From: Antechinus flavipes
Lineage: Eukaryota
NCBI RefSeq assembly: GCF_016432865.1
Contig: NC_067402.1
Span: forward strand, 296,236,001 to 296,300,000
DNA length: 64,000 nucleotides
Reading direction: 5' to 3'
The first letter of the stretch is position 1. Each line of letters begins with the position of its first letter. The notes below the pieces were generated by a model. It made no database searches and was not told where the DNA came from. It was given only the letters and a program-made list of their open reading frames with translations. The translations under genes and the position numbers were made by a program. Of the stretch, positions 47,601-58,916 are shown one piece after another.

Positions 47601-50063
47601 CTTGTACTTATTCTGTTTGGTCCTATATGGTATAATAAACAAACATTTCAGTAAAGGGGCTGCTAAGTGGTGCAGTGGATAGAGCGCCAGCCCTGAAGTG
47701 AGTCTTGTGATCTTATCTCACAAATAGCTTTCCAGCTTCAGATTGATCTCCCCCAGTGAAGGGGAGCCCAATGCCTCATAATGAATTTCAGAAGCTCTTA
47801 CGTATTTTGAATCTTTCTAAAAGATAGCTTTCCTGTTTTTTGAATTGTAATATTCCTCTTTGCAAATTCCACATCTTAATTTTTGAGCTTTCCTCTTTGG
47901 TGAATCACTTCCACACTGGGCACTCCCTCTTCAACTGTTTGAAAATAACAAACAAGCCACATTCAATTTTCTCTCCTCCAAGAAAAAAGAACCCCAGTTC
48001 TTATACCTGACCTTGAGACATGGTCCCATCCACATCATCCTACTCTAGAGGTTCATCCCCAAGGTTTTCTCTCAATACAAAGTCCTGGAATGCTCCCTAA
48101 ATGAAGGAAATGGGATGTATCTAAGGGAAATTACAAGCCGCTGGTAACTGAAGGAAAACAGTTATGAAGGAAAAATCATGCCCATCAGTGAAGCAGATTA
48201 ATAAAAGAGAAACCAAAAAATTAAAAAAGAGAAGAAAAAACTTGTATATTTAGAAAAAGCTGACAAATCAAATCAATTGTGTGATTAAAAAGGGTAGAGA
48301 GAAAGAAACTTACTTCCTGAGGGTCTAACACAGTTGCACAACAAAGTCGGTAAGTTCACACCTTCCATTGTTCCTCAATGTATAAACTCCACAGATGAGA
48401 AGAAATCCCAGAATTCCTGCTGTCTCTGCTAGCCTCCATATAAATGGGCCTCAGGCCACATTGAGAATCACTGGCAGTTTCTCTACATCCCAATTTAGAG
48501 AAGTGGCGTTTTGCTCTCCCTCAAAATATCTCAAGAATCACCTCAGCAAAATTCTCCAGAAAAAAGATACTCCTTATCTGGTAAGTGTTTCATTGATCCA
48601 ATGGATCCTGTTATATGGCTCCATATTTCTGTAGGATAGATATAGAACCAATTTGGCTGAAGCCATCAATGGTCATTTGGGAAGCCCTGGGCAATAACTC
48701 AAAAGTAACAGGAGCCCCCGTTTCTGAGGAAAAATCCAAAACCATTTTTATGTAAATGGTACTGAAGATAGACTCAAAAATTAAGGGTTTTCATCCTGAC
48801 CTTGCGTCTTCCTAGCTGTGGAACCTTGAAGAAACCTCTTTTGCTCACTGGGCCAGTTTTCTTCTCTGTAACATGAGCAAAATAAGACTTTGTCCCTCCA
48901 TAGTCATAAGGATGTTTTGGGGATGGGGAAATGAAAAGGAATAAGCATTTATAAAGAGACCACTGTATGCTAGGCACTCTTCCAAATGCTTTACAAAGGT
49001 TGCACAGTTTATCCTTATAACAATCCTACCAGGTTGGTATTATGATCCCATTTTACAGATGAGGAAATTGAGACTAACCAAAGTAAAGTGAGTTGCACAT
49101 AGTCACAATCTAGGAAACAAATGTGTCTGGCCAGATTTCTCTTAGTTCTTCCTTGCTCCAGGTCCAGTGTTTTATCCACTGGGTCCACATGTCAGTGGTG
49201 GGACTATAGAACAGAAAGGAGAGATATTTTCCGCAGAGACTATAGAAAAGCAGGCAAGAGAGGGGGAAGTTTGACAGGGAATCTGCTACTTAAAGTGGGC
49301 AAGAGGACAGAGCTCTTAATGGATTTTCTTTGAAATGAGTATTTGTGGATTTGTGCTGATAAGGAGGACATGGGGCATTGTTGAAGAGCTGTGCAAGTGG
49401 ACTGACTAAGAAGGGAAACCGTGGGCATGAAGGAGGCAGCTGGGTCTCGGCACATAAAGTCCGGGGGATGAGGTCAGAAAGATGTGAATTCAAATCCACC
49501 TCAGGCACTAGCTGGGTGACTTTTAGCAGGAATTTTAATTTTTGCTTCCCTAACTTTCATCATCATATGAGAATAACAACCATCTCCCAGGGCTGTTATG
49601 AGGATCAGATGAGATAATAATTTTTAAAGCCTTAAATGCCTCTGTGAAGACCGAGTTAGCACCCTGGATGCCCCAGAATCAGCCGGAGTCAGGATACGCA
49701 AAAGTCCTTGGTCTTAATTCTTGGTCTTTAGGGGTAGAAGTAAACAGGATGGACGCAAGTTCTCCACGACCTCCCTTCTCCTCGTCTACTACCAAAGTGA
49801 CTCTGGCTTGTCTTACTCTACCCCCTAATCCTTTTCACAATTCTTTGTATACTCCAATTATCGAGCCAGCACAGAATAGTGGGAAGGACCATTTTCCAAG
49901 CATATGCTAAAAAAGTATTGTCCAATCGGTAGTTAGCCTTAAGTGCTCGGTTGTCCGACCTCAGTGTACCTACTCAGAGTTTCAGCCCTTTACATGCCTC
50001 CACATGATATATGCTAGTTATAATTATTATTATTTCTTGTTCTTCTTTTTTCCTCCTTCCTTC

Positions 50064-50216
50064 TTTTTTTTTTTTTTTTTTTTGGAGGCAATTGGGGTTA
50101 GATGACTTACCCAGAGTCGCACAGCCAGGAAGTGTTAAGTGTCTGAGGTCAGATTTGACTTCAGGTCCTCCTGACCTCACAGCTGGTGCTTCATCCACTG
50201 CCCCTCGTAGCTGCCC
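50064..50216 (-). mobile_element. WSINE1-type SINE
   Basis: Poly-T then ggaggcaattggggttagatgacttacccag...gtagctgccc. Confidence 0.85.
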
Positions 50217-51310
50217 TTTCTTCCTTAGTTCTAATAATCATTATCATTACTTTTTCATCATACCTTCTGCATTATTACTTCAATTATTGACTGGTATTAT
50301 TTTCAATTTTTCATTAACTTACAATTTTTATCTCAGTTATATATGCATATATACATATATGTGAATTTTTACCCCTTGAAAAATACACACTTAGTAAATT
50401 TGGGCTTCTGTCAGTAGTCCTGAAGACATTTTTAAATGTTAAAATTTCTGAAGATGATAGAAATCAAGGGAACAAGTATTATTTTTCTTTCTTTTTTTTA
50501 AGGGACTTTCCCCCCTCAATAGTAATTTATTTTTCCAAATACAGGTAAAGGTAGTTTTCAACATTTATTTTTGTAAGATTTTATGTTCCAAATTTTTCTC
50601 ACTCCTTCCTTTATCATCTTCTTATCAAGACATCAAGCAATCTGATATATATTCATATATATAACTGAGGCAAAAAATTATAAGTTAATGAATATATATA
50701 TATGAGAATAAGATCTCCTTACCAAGATAGTAAGCAATCTGATATCTATCTATCCATCTATCTATCTCTATATATAATTGAGGTAAAAATGTAAATTAAT
50801 GAAATATATTTATATTATATATAAGAATAAGAATATATTTAATATATATTTGTAAGAATTAGAAATATATATAATTATTGATTCAATTGATGAAGTGCTC
50901 AAAATAATTCTCACATAAATCTTTTTTAAATGTCTAAAGAGTCTGCCCCGATCGCTCAATTTGATTTCATTGGACAAAACAACTCATGAAGTAGATGATG
51001 TACCTGCTACATGCAGGGTTCTTTACCAGGTAGCAAAGTAGCAAGAAAGACCTTGAATATGAACAGTCTGCCTCAAGAAGCCAAAAATTGAAGCAGGAGG
51101 CTGCACCAGGAGCACCAGTAACTTTAACTGAGAGGAGGAAATGATGTAAGTGAGAGGTGGTAGAGATAATCAAAAAAAGGAAAAGAAACTTCCAACCATT
51201 TAGACTGGTGGGGTGAGACGCATTGTCTTTTTTTCAGGTGTTTCTTCATGCAAAAGTATAGACTTTGAATTGAAAAGGGAATACTGATTTTTAATTTCTT
51301 TCTGATTCAG

Positions 51311-51568
51311 GTGAAGCCAATTTAATCAATTTGACCATTAATCCTAGGAAAAAACAAGAACAACCCCCCCAGCATCCACACCCAGAGGCCATCATGCCCA
51401 GCAATCAGCCAGCCAGCTTTCCCAAGAGGCCTCAGAAGACCAGCCAGCTCCGTTTTCAGGGCCAAGAAAAGGACCCAGCACTTCTGAGACCTGAGATGCC
51501 ATCCGTCAACTCCTCAAGAACTTGGAGACAGGACCCTGGAGTTGCACAAAATGCTAGTCAATCACAAG
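51311..51568 (+). CDS. Candidate exon, repeat copy 1 (Pro/Gln-rich, phase 1-1, 258 nt)
   Basis: tttcttctgattcag-type acceptor and cacaag|gtaaaa donor; open frame EANLINLTINPRKKQEQPPQHPHPEAIMPSNQP...AQNASQSQ. Confidence 0.55.
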
Positions 51569-52679
51569 GTAAAATTCTAAAACTCAATCCTGGAAGCCGT
51601 TTAATAAGATCCCCACATTTTAGGAATGCTTTCTGATTTTTCATTTATTCCTTGAACATTCAGTGACAGGAGAATATATAGTTGAACCACAGGCCTAAAG
51701 TCAGAGAACATCCGAGTTGGGAAGGAATTCATAGAAGTTTGAGTTCTGACTCAGTTCTTCCTTCACCCACCCCTGTCCCTGTCCCTGCCCCTGTCCCTGC
51801 CCCTGCCCCTGTCCCTGCCCCTGTCCCTGCCCCTTGATGACACACCTGAAATGGGGGCATGAGGGCTCTGATGGTTGATTATCAGTTGGAAGACAAGGAT
51901 TTGAGTCTTTATAACTTCTGTGACCTCAGGCCCCTCAATTCATTTCTGCGTCCACATGTATAAAGCAAGCCATCCATCAAGGCTTCTATGTGAATTCGTG
52001 ACCCTTGAAAAATACACACTTAGTAAATTTGGGGTCTGTCAATGGTCCTGAAGACATATATATGAGAATAAGATCTCCTTACCAAGATAGCAAGCAATCT
52101 GATATCTATCTATCCATCTATCTATCTCTATATATAATTGAGGTAAAAATGTAAGTTAATGAAATATATTTATATTATATATAAAAGAATAAGGATATGT
52201 TTAATAAATATTTGTAAGAATTAGAAATATATATATAATTATTGACTCAATTGATGACGTGTTCAAAATAATTCTCACATAAATCTTTTTTAAATGTCTA
52301 AAGAGTCTGCCCTGATCACTCAATTTGATTTCATTGGACAAAACAACTCACGAAGTAGATGATGTACCTGCTATATGCAGAGTTCTTTACCAGGTAGCAA
52401 AGTAGCAAGAAAGACCTTAAATATGAACAGTCTGCCTCAAGAAGCTAAAAATTGAAGCAGGAGGCTGCACCAGGAGCACCAGTAACTTTAACTCAGAGGA
52501 AGAAATGATGTTGTGTGAGTGAGAGGTGGTAGAGATAATCAAAAAAAGGAAAAGAAACTTCCAACCATTTAGATTGGTGGGGTGAGACGCATTTACTTTT
52601 TTTCAGGTGTTTCTTCATGCAAAAGTATAGTCTTTGAATTGAAAAGGGAATACTGATTTTTAATTTCTTTCCAATTCAG

Positions 52680-52928
52680 GTGAAGCCAATTTGACCATTA
52701 ATTCTAGGAAAAAACAAAAACAACCCCACCAGCATCCACACCCAGAGGCCATCATGCCCAGCAATCAGCCAGCCAGCTTTCCCAAGAGGCCTCAGCAGAC
52801 CAGCCAACTCCGTTTTCAGGGCCAAGAAAAGGACCCAGCACTTTTGAGACCTGAGATGCCATCAGTCAACTCCTCAAGAACTTGGAGACAGGACCCCGGA
52901 GTTGCACAAAATGCTGGCCAATCACAAG
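52680..52928 (+). CDS. Candidate exon, repeat copy 2 (249 nt)
   Basis: ccaattcag| ... cacaag|gtaaaa; same open frame. Confidence 0.55.
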
Positions 52929-54064
52929 GTAAAATTCTAAAGCCCAATCCTGGAAGCCGTTTAATAAGATCCCCACATTTTAGGAATGCTTTCTGATTTT
53001 TCATTTAGTCCTTGAACCTGATAATCCATTCAGTGACAGGAGGATATATAATTGAACCACAGGCCTAAAGTCAGAGAAGATCCGACTTGGGGAGGATTCC
53101 ATAGAAGTTTGAGTTCTGACTCAGTTCTTCCTTCACCCGCCCCTGCCCCTTGATGACACACCTGAAATGGAGGCATGAGGGCTCTGATGGCTGATTATCA
53201 TTTGGAAGACAAGGGTTTGAGACAAGGAACAAGCATTATTTTTCTTTTTTTTAAGGGACTTTCCCCCTGGAAAAGTATTTTATTTTTCCAAATACAGGTA
53301 AAGGTAGTTTTCAACATTTATTTTTATAAGATTTTATGTTCCAAATTTTTTCTCACTTCTTCCTTTATCATCTTCTTATCAAGACATCAAGCAATCTGAT
53401 ATATATGCATATATATAATTGAGGAAAAAATTATAAGTTAATGAAATATATATATGCGAATAAGATCTCCTTACCAAGATAGCAAGCAATCTGATATCTA
53501 TCTATCCATCTATCTATCTCTATATATAATTGAGGTAAAAATGTAAGTTAATGAAGTATATATATATAAGAATAAAAATATATTTAACAAATATATGTAA
53601 GAATTAGAAATATATATAATTATTGATTCAATTGATGAAGTGCTCAAAATAGTTCTCACATAAATCTTTTTTAAATGTCTAAAGAGTCTTCCCTGATCAC
53701 TCAATTTGATTTCATTGGACAACACAACTCATGAAGTAGATGATGTACCTGCTACATGCAGGGTTCTTTACCAGGTAGCAAAGTAGCAAGAAAGACCTTG
53801 AATATGATCAGTCTGCCTCAAGAAGCCAAAAACTGAAGCAGGAGGCTGCACCAGGAGCACCAGTAACTTTAACTCAGAGGAGGAAATGATGTTGTAAGTG
53901 AGAGGTGGTAGAGATAATCAAAAAAAAAAAGAAAAGAAACTTCCAACCATTTAGATTGGTGGGGTGAGACGTATTTTCTTTTTTTTTTCAGGTGTTTCTT
54001 CATGCAAAAGTATAGCCTTTGAATTGAAAAGGGAATACTGATTTTTAATTTTTTTCCAATTCAG

Positions 54065-54313
54065 GTGAAGCCAATTTGACCATTAATTCTAGGAAAAAAC
54101 AAAAACAACCCCCCCAGCATCCACACCCAGAGGCCATCATGCCCAGCAATCAGCCAGCCAGCTTTCCCAAGAGGCCTCAGCAGACCAGCCAGCTCCGTTT
54201 TCAGGGCCAAGAAAAGGACCCGGCACTTCTGAGACCTGAGATGCCATCCGTCAACTCCTCAAGAACTTGGAGACAGGACCCCGGAATTGCACAAAATGCT
54301 GATCAATCACAAG
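54065..54313 (+). CDS. Candidate exon, repeat copy 3 (249 nt)
   Basis: ccaattcag| ... cacaag|gtaaaa; same open frame. Confidence 0.55.
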
Positions 54314-54699
54314 GTAAAATTCTAAAGCCCAATCCTGGAAGCCGTTTAATAAGATTTATTCCTTGAACCTGATAATCCATTCAGTGACAGGAGAATATAC
54401 AGTTGAACCACAGGCCTAAAGTCAGAGAACATCTGAGTTGGGAAGGAATTCATAAAAGTTTGAGTTCTGACTCAGTTCTTCCTTCACCCGCCCCTGCCCC
54501 TTGATGACACACCTGAACTGGAGGCATGAGGGCTCTGATGGTTGATTATCAGTTGGAAGACAAAGGTTTGAGTCTTTATAACTTCTGTGGCCTCAGGCTC
54601 CTCAATTCAGTTCTTCATCCACATGTATAAAGCAAGCCATCCATCAAGGCTTCTTTATGAATTCTTGACCCTTGAAAAGCACATACTTAGTACATATAC

Positions 54700-56110
54700 C
54701 CAATATTCTATCTCTACAATATATCCTCAAGCACGCATTTGATCACATCATTCCCACATTCAGTAAACTCCAGTAGCTTCTGATTACCTTCAGCATCAAG
54801 TATAAAACCCTCTGATTGGTGTTCAAAGCCCTTCAGAATCTAGCACCTCCTACCTTTCCAGTCATCTTGCCCAGCTTCTCCACCTACTCTTTGATTCATA
54901 GTCACTGGCTTCTTTGTTGTTCCTCCTTCAAAACACTCCACCTCCAGATTGGACATTTTCACTGGCTATCATTCATCTTCAGAATTCCCTCTTTTCTCTC
55001 TTTTGGTTTCCTTTCAGTGTCCTTAAAATCCCACCTTCCACAGGAAGGCTTTTCTAATCCCTCTTATTTTTATTGCCTTCATTTTTTTAGTTTTTTCTTA
55101 CTTAACCTATTTATAATTTGTTTGTATATAATTGTTTTTTTTTCTATTTAGATTATGAGCTCGTCAAAGACAGGGATTAGCTTGTGCTTTCATTTGTAAC
55201 TCCACCCAAAGCACTTAGCTGATCAAATAGTAGGCATTTAACATATCTAACATATATAGATAGGACTGCTTGCCATCTGGGGGAGGGGGTAGAGGGAGGG
55301 AGGGGAAAAATCGGAACAGAAGCAAGTACAAGGGATAATGTTGTTAAAAAAAATTACCCTAGCATGGATTCTGTCAACATAAAGTTATTATTAAATAAAA
55401 TATTAAAATAATAATAATAATAAATAGGCATTTAGCAAACGTTTCTATCCCTTTCCCTCAAATCACAGGACCTGACGCTAAATCAAGGGATCATCACCTC
55501 TCAATCAGACTATATTCCCATCTCTTCCTATTTTTCAGTCTCTTCTTTCTCCAATCCATCTTCCACATAGCTGCCAATATGATTTTCCTAATGCATGAGT
55601 CTGACTGCATCATTGCCCTGCTTAAAAAAAAAAAATATCTAGGAGCTCTCTACTGCCCCAAATCACTTATGAACTCCTCTTGATGGCATTTCAATCTCTT
55701 CCCAACCTGATTCCTTCCTGAATATAATCACTCCCCTTCTCACTCTCTACTGACCAGCCGCACTGACCCTTTTTGCCATTCCCTATGTATATGACACTCT
55801 GCCTTTCCACTGGTTGTACTTTGTGCCTGGAATGCTCTTTCTCTCCCTCACTTCAATAAAGAAGTTTCTGGCGGACTTAAAAACTCAATCAAATCACCAT
55901 GTTTATCCCCCACCCCAGACTTCCTGTGGCTACTTAGGACCCTTTTTTGCACATACTTTGAGAAGTGTGTGTCAGTACTCCATAGACAGAATGCAAACTC
56001 CTCAAAGGCAGGGACTCGTTCATATCCAGAGCTCTTGTCCATCCCCGTACCTGGCACAATGCCCTCAACACAGATCTTGCTGATTCTTGGCCAATTGATT
56101 AATTGCTCTA
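54700..56110 (+). mobile_element. L2 fragments (two decayed pieces)
   Basis: ttcaaagcccttcagaatctagcacctcctacc; caggaaggcttttctaatcc; cctggcacaatgcc; boundaries approximate. Confidence 0.6.
55241..55424 (+). mobile_element. Short young L1 3' end inserted into an L2 tail
   Basis: TSD TAGGCATTTA at 55231-55240 and 55425-55434. Confidence 0.8.
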
Positions 56111-56125
56111 TTTCTTCCCATGCAG

Positions 56126-56328
56126 GTGTTCCAAGAAGCTCAAATAACAAGACCGCTCTTACAACGCACCCAATTTATCCCTCTGCGGCTGAGATCCACA
56201 AAATGACATATGAACAAGTTGTAAGCTCCATCCTCCAGTTTCTTGGGAACGATCCACAGTACATGGCATCTGTGGACCCCAAACAACAAAAACTGTCAAA
56301 ATCATCCAAGGGGACACAGAATCGCAAG
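56126..56328 (+). CDS. Candidate unique exon (phase 1-0, 203 nt)
   Basis: tttcttcccatgcag| ... cgcaag|gtaact; open in the phase-1 frame VPRSSNNKT...AEIHKMTYEQVVSSILQFLGNDPQY...GTQNRK. Confidence 0.5.
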
Positions 56329-56348
56329 GTAACTTTCCCACACAAAGC

Positions 56349-57495
56349 TTAGAGAATTTTCAGTATGAATTCAATCTAGATGTCCTTTTTTTTTTTTCAG
56401 ATTTTTTTCATTTATTGAGTTTTATTATATTGACAAATTTATTGAGTTTGATTATATTGATAAAAATACCATTATAGTCAAATAGGAAACGGGATGGCTT
56501 TGGTGTTCCAGTGTTTGCCTTCAGATCCTGGTTGTGATGATTGAATGGTCAAGCACAGTAGATAGGTCTTGGGGCCACATTTCCTCAAAAGCAAAATGAC
56601 CGGCTTGGACAGTTGGCTTCTAAGGATCCTTCCAACAATTTAAGAGTTATTAACTCGTTGTAGTCAAATATTGTTTTTGTTCATCTCAAAACTTGATTTT
56701 GAGAAGGGTTTCATCTGATTGCCAAGGAGCACCATGACACCCCTTGTTCACACTTTAATCTGTCCTCCACTGATGGGCTTCCAAAGTTATTTCCCTAAGC
56801 AAGCTCTGATTTTCATTAAGTGAATTTCAGGATTCTGTTGTTTCTAGGATAAAAAACATCCCAATCCTTCCATAACCAGCCCCTTTTTTCACCTTTCTCC
56901 TGTTTAAGAGAAAATGTTGAAGAGACAATATTTGTAGATAAACTGTGCCTAGCACAGTACTGGCACAAAAATGGGCATTTAAGACCCTATTCCTTTTCCT
57001 TCCTTCCTCCTTTTTTTCCCCTCTCATTTCCCTTTGTCCCTCCTTAGCTCCTTTCTTTCCTTACTATTTTCTTCCCTCTTTCCTTTTTTGTCTGTGTTCC
57101 ATGTCTGTGTTAGGCCTGACAAAAGTAGGTATTTAAGACCCTATCCCCTTTCTTCCCTTCCTCCTTCCTTTTTTCCTCATTTCCCTTTGTCCTTCCCTAG
57201 TTCCTTTCTTTCCTTTCTTTTTTTCCCTTTCCTCTTTTGTTTTTTGTCCTTCCTTTTCTTCCTCCTTCCCTCTCTCCCTCCCTTATTTCCTTTTTGATCC
57301 AGCTATCATTGCCTACTTGCTTTTCCTCACATAATACTCCACCTCTCATCTCGGTCTTTGGCCTGACTGTGCCCCATGCACATTAGAGGATTTTCAGTAT
57401 GAATTCAATCTAGATATCCTTTTTTTTTCAGATTTTTTTCATTTATTGAGTTTTATTATGTTGACAAATTTATTGAGTTTGATTATATTGATAAA
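56349..57495 (+). repeat. Dispersed direct repeat of about 115 bp (56349-56464 and 57383-57495)
   Basis: ttagagaattttcagtatgaattcaatctagat...attgataaa present twice. Confidence 0.9.
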
Positions 57496-58569
57496 GCAAT
57501 GCTTTGCTTTCCTCACCTCTTCTTAGCTTCTCTGAATTGCCTCAAGATTCATCCCAAACCTTACCTTCAGCAGGAGGCTTTTCCCAATCACCTCAGCTGC
57601 TAGGGCCTTCCCCTCCCAGATTATCTTCAATTTCTACTGCATCATTGTTATATGTTCCCCATTTGTGCATACTTCCATTAGACTGTGAGCTCTGTGAGAG
57701 TAGGCACTCTCTTGTATTCTCTTGTCCCCAATTGATTAGGACATTAGGAGGAAGATCATTTGTCAACTTACTATTACACACATGGATGGCAAGGCTCTAG
57801 CATGGGGAGAGGACAGGTTGAGGGACACAATTAAAGGCTTCTAAAGGGTTAAATTGGATGGTGCCCATGAGGCATGGTCCAGAACAGAGAGTCAAAGACA
57901 AATTATTCAATTCAACAAATGTTTATTAAATACTGACCTGATGCTTTCAGGCTCTTATGGAGAGCAGACCTGCTGCTACCTCAGTTTTTAGTGTATCTTT
58001 GGATCAACTGGCATAGCCAGGTCTACCAGTCATGAGCATAACTAATACGAAAGGGAACAATCCAGTTTGCTGACATTCCCTAACTCTGGCTTTCTCTGTT
58101 TAATTCTTGAATCAAAGGAGTCTCTGGCATGGGATTGGTCAAATTGTAACACAAGGTCTACAGGTGCTTCAGTTTTGTGGTACCATACCTTTATTAGGCA
58201 GGGCAGGGGAAACAAGATAAGAATAGGGAGGATTCTAAGGAAGGGCTACTTGAGTTGAATAAGGCTTTCCTTCAAGTTCTGGAATTTGCTTCTACTACAG
58301 GAATTTTAAGATTTTAACTATTGAATCCACTTGTCAATGATTACAAGCATATTTATAGTCAAAGGAAAAGAATTCACTATTAAATAAACTTGTCCATCAA
58401 TTTATGACAATGTAAGCAGGATGACCTTTGTGAAGTCGTTAGCAATTAGGGAAAATCAGGGATCATGAATTACAATATCAACTTCTTCATCCATGTCATG
58501 ACTAAGATTCAGCTAGGATTAGTGACTTAAAGATTATTTTTCTCTCCTTGGCATCTTCCACTTCTCTCT

Positions 58570-58916
58570 GATGAAGGAAAAAGGCTTTCCCTTAATTACT
58601 CACAATCACAGGATTTCTTTTCACTCTGAATTCTCTGATAATAGAGAGGTTCTTGGTAAAGTCTCTCCATGTCCATTGCAACCAAAAGGATTTCACTCTA
58701 TGAGGCAGCTGGTGATATACAATAAGCATTACCCATAGGTCAAAGATTTTCCCACAGAATTTTCACCCAAAACACTCAAAAGGTTGATTTCCCAAGTAAA
58801 TGTTATGATTCCTTATAGGGGATGAACTGCTACTGAAAGCCTTTCCACAGTTATTCCACAGAGAGGGCTTTCTTCCAATATTGTGATGAAGGTTTTTCCA
58901 CAAGCATTCATTTATA
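58570..58916 (-). pseudogene. Decayed zinc-finger relics downstream of the ZNF stop codon
   Basis: Frameshifted remnants such as NNCGKAFSSSSSPIRNHNIYLGNQPFECFG and gggaaagccttt. Confidence 0.6.

Larger units (their letters stand above)
50360..54692 (+). repeat. Tandem triplication (units about 1.63, 1.23 and 1.47 kb)
   Basis: Near-identical blocks at about 50360-51989, 51990-53220 and 53221-54692; units differ by internal deletions; unit 1 has a (CCCTGT/C)n expansion at 51771-51832. Confidence 0.95.

Noticed and set aside
40126-48313. Minus-strand GTAAG donors at about 40125, 42748 and 48313 as possible V1R 5' UTR exons
   Set aside because: Plausible, but non-coding exons cannot be validated from sequence alone
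50940-51145. Additional exon candidates inside each repeat unit (ending accag|gtagca or gat|gtaagt)
   Set aside because: They contain stops in the needed phase and the frame is not conserved among the three copies; at most non-coding
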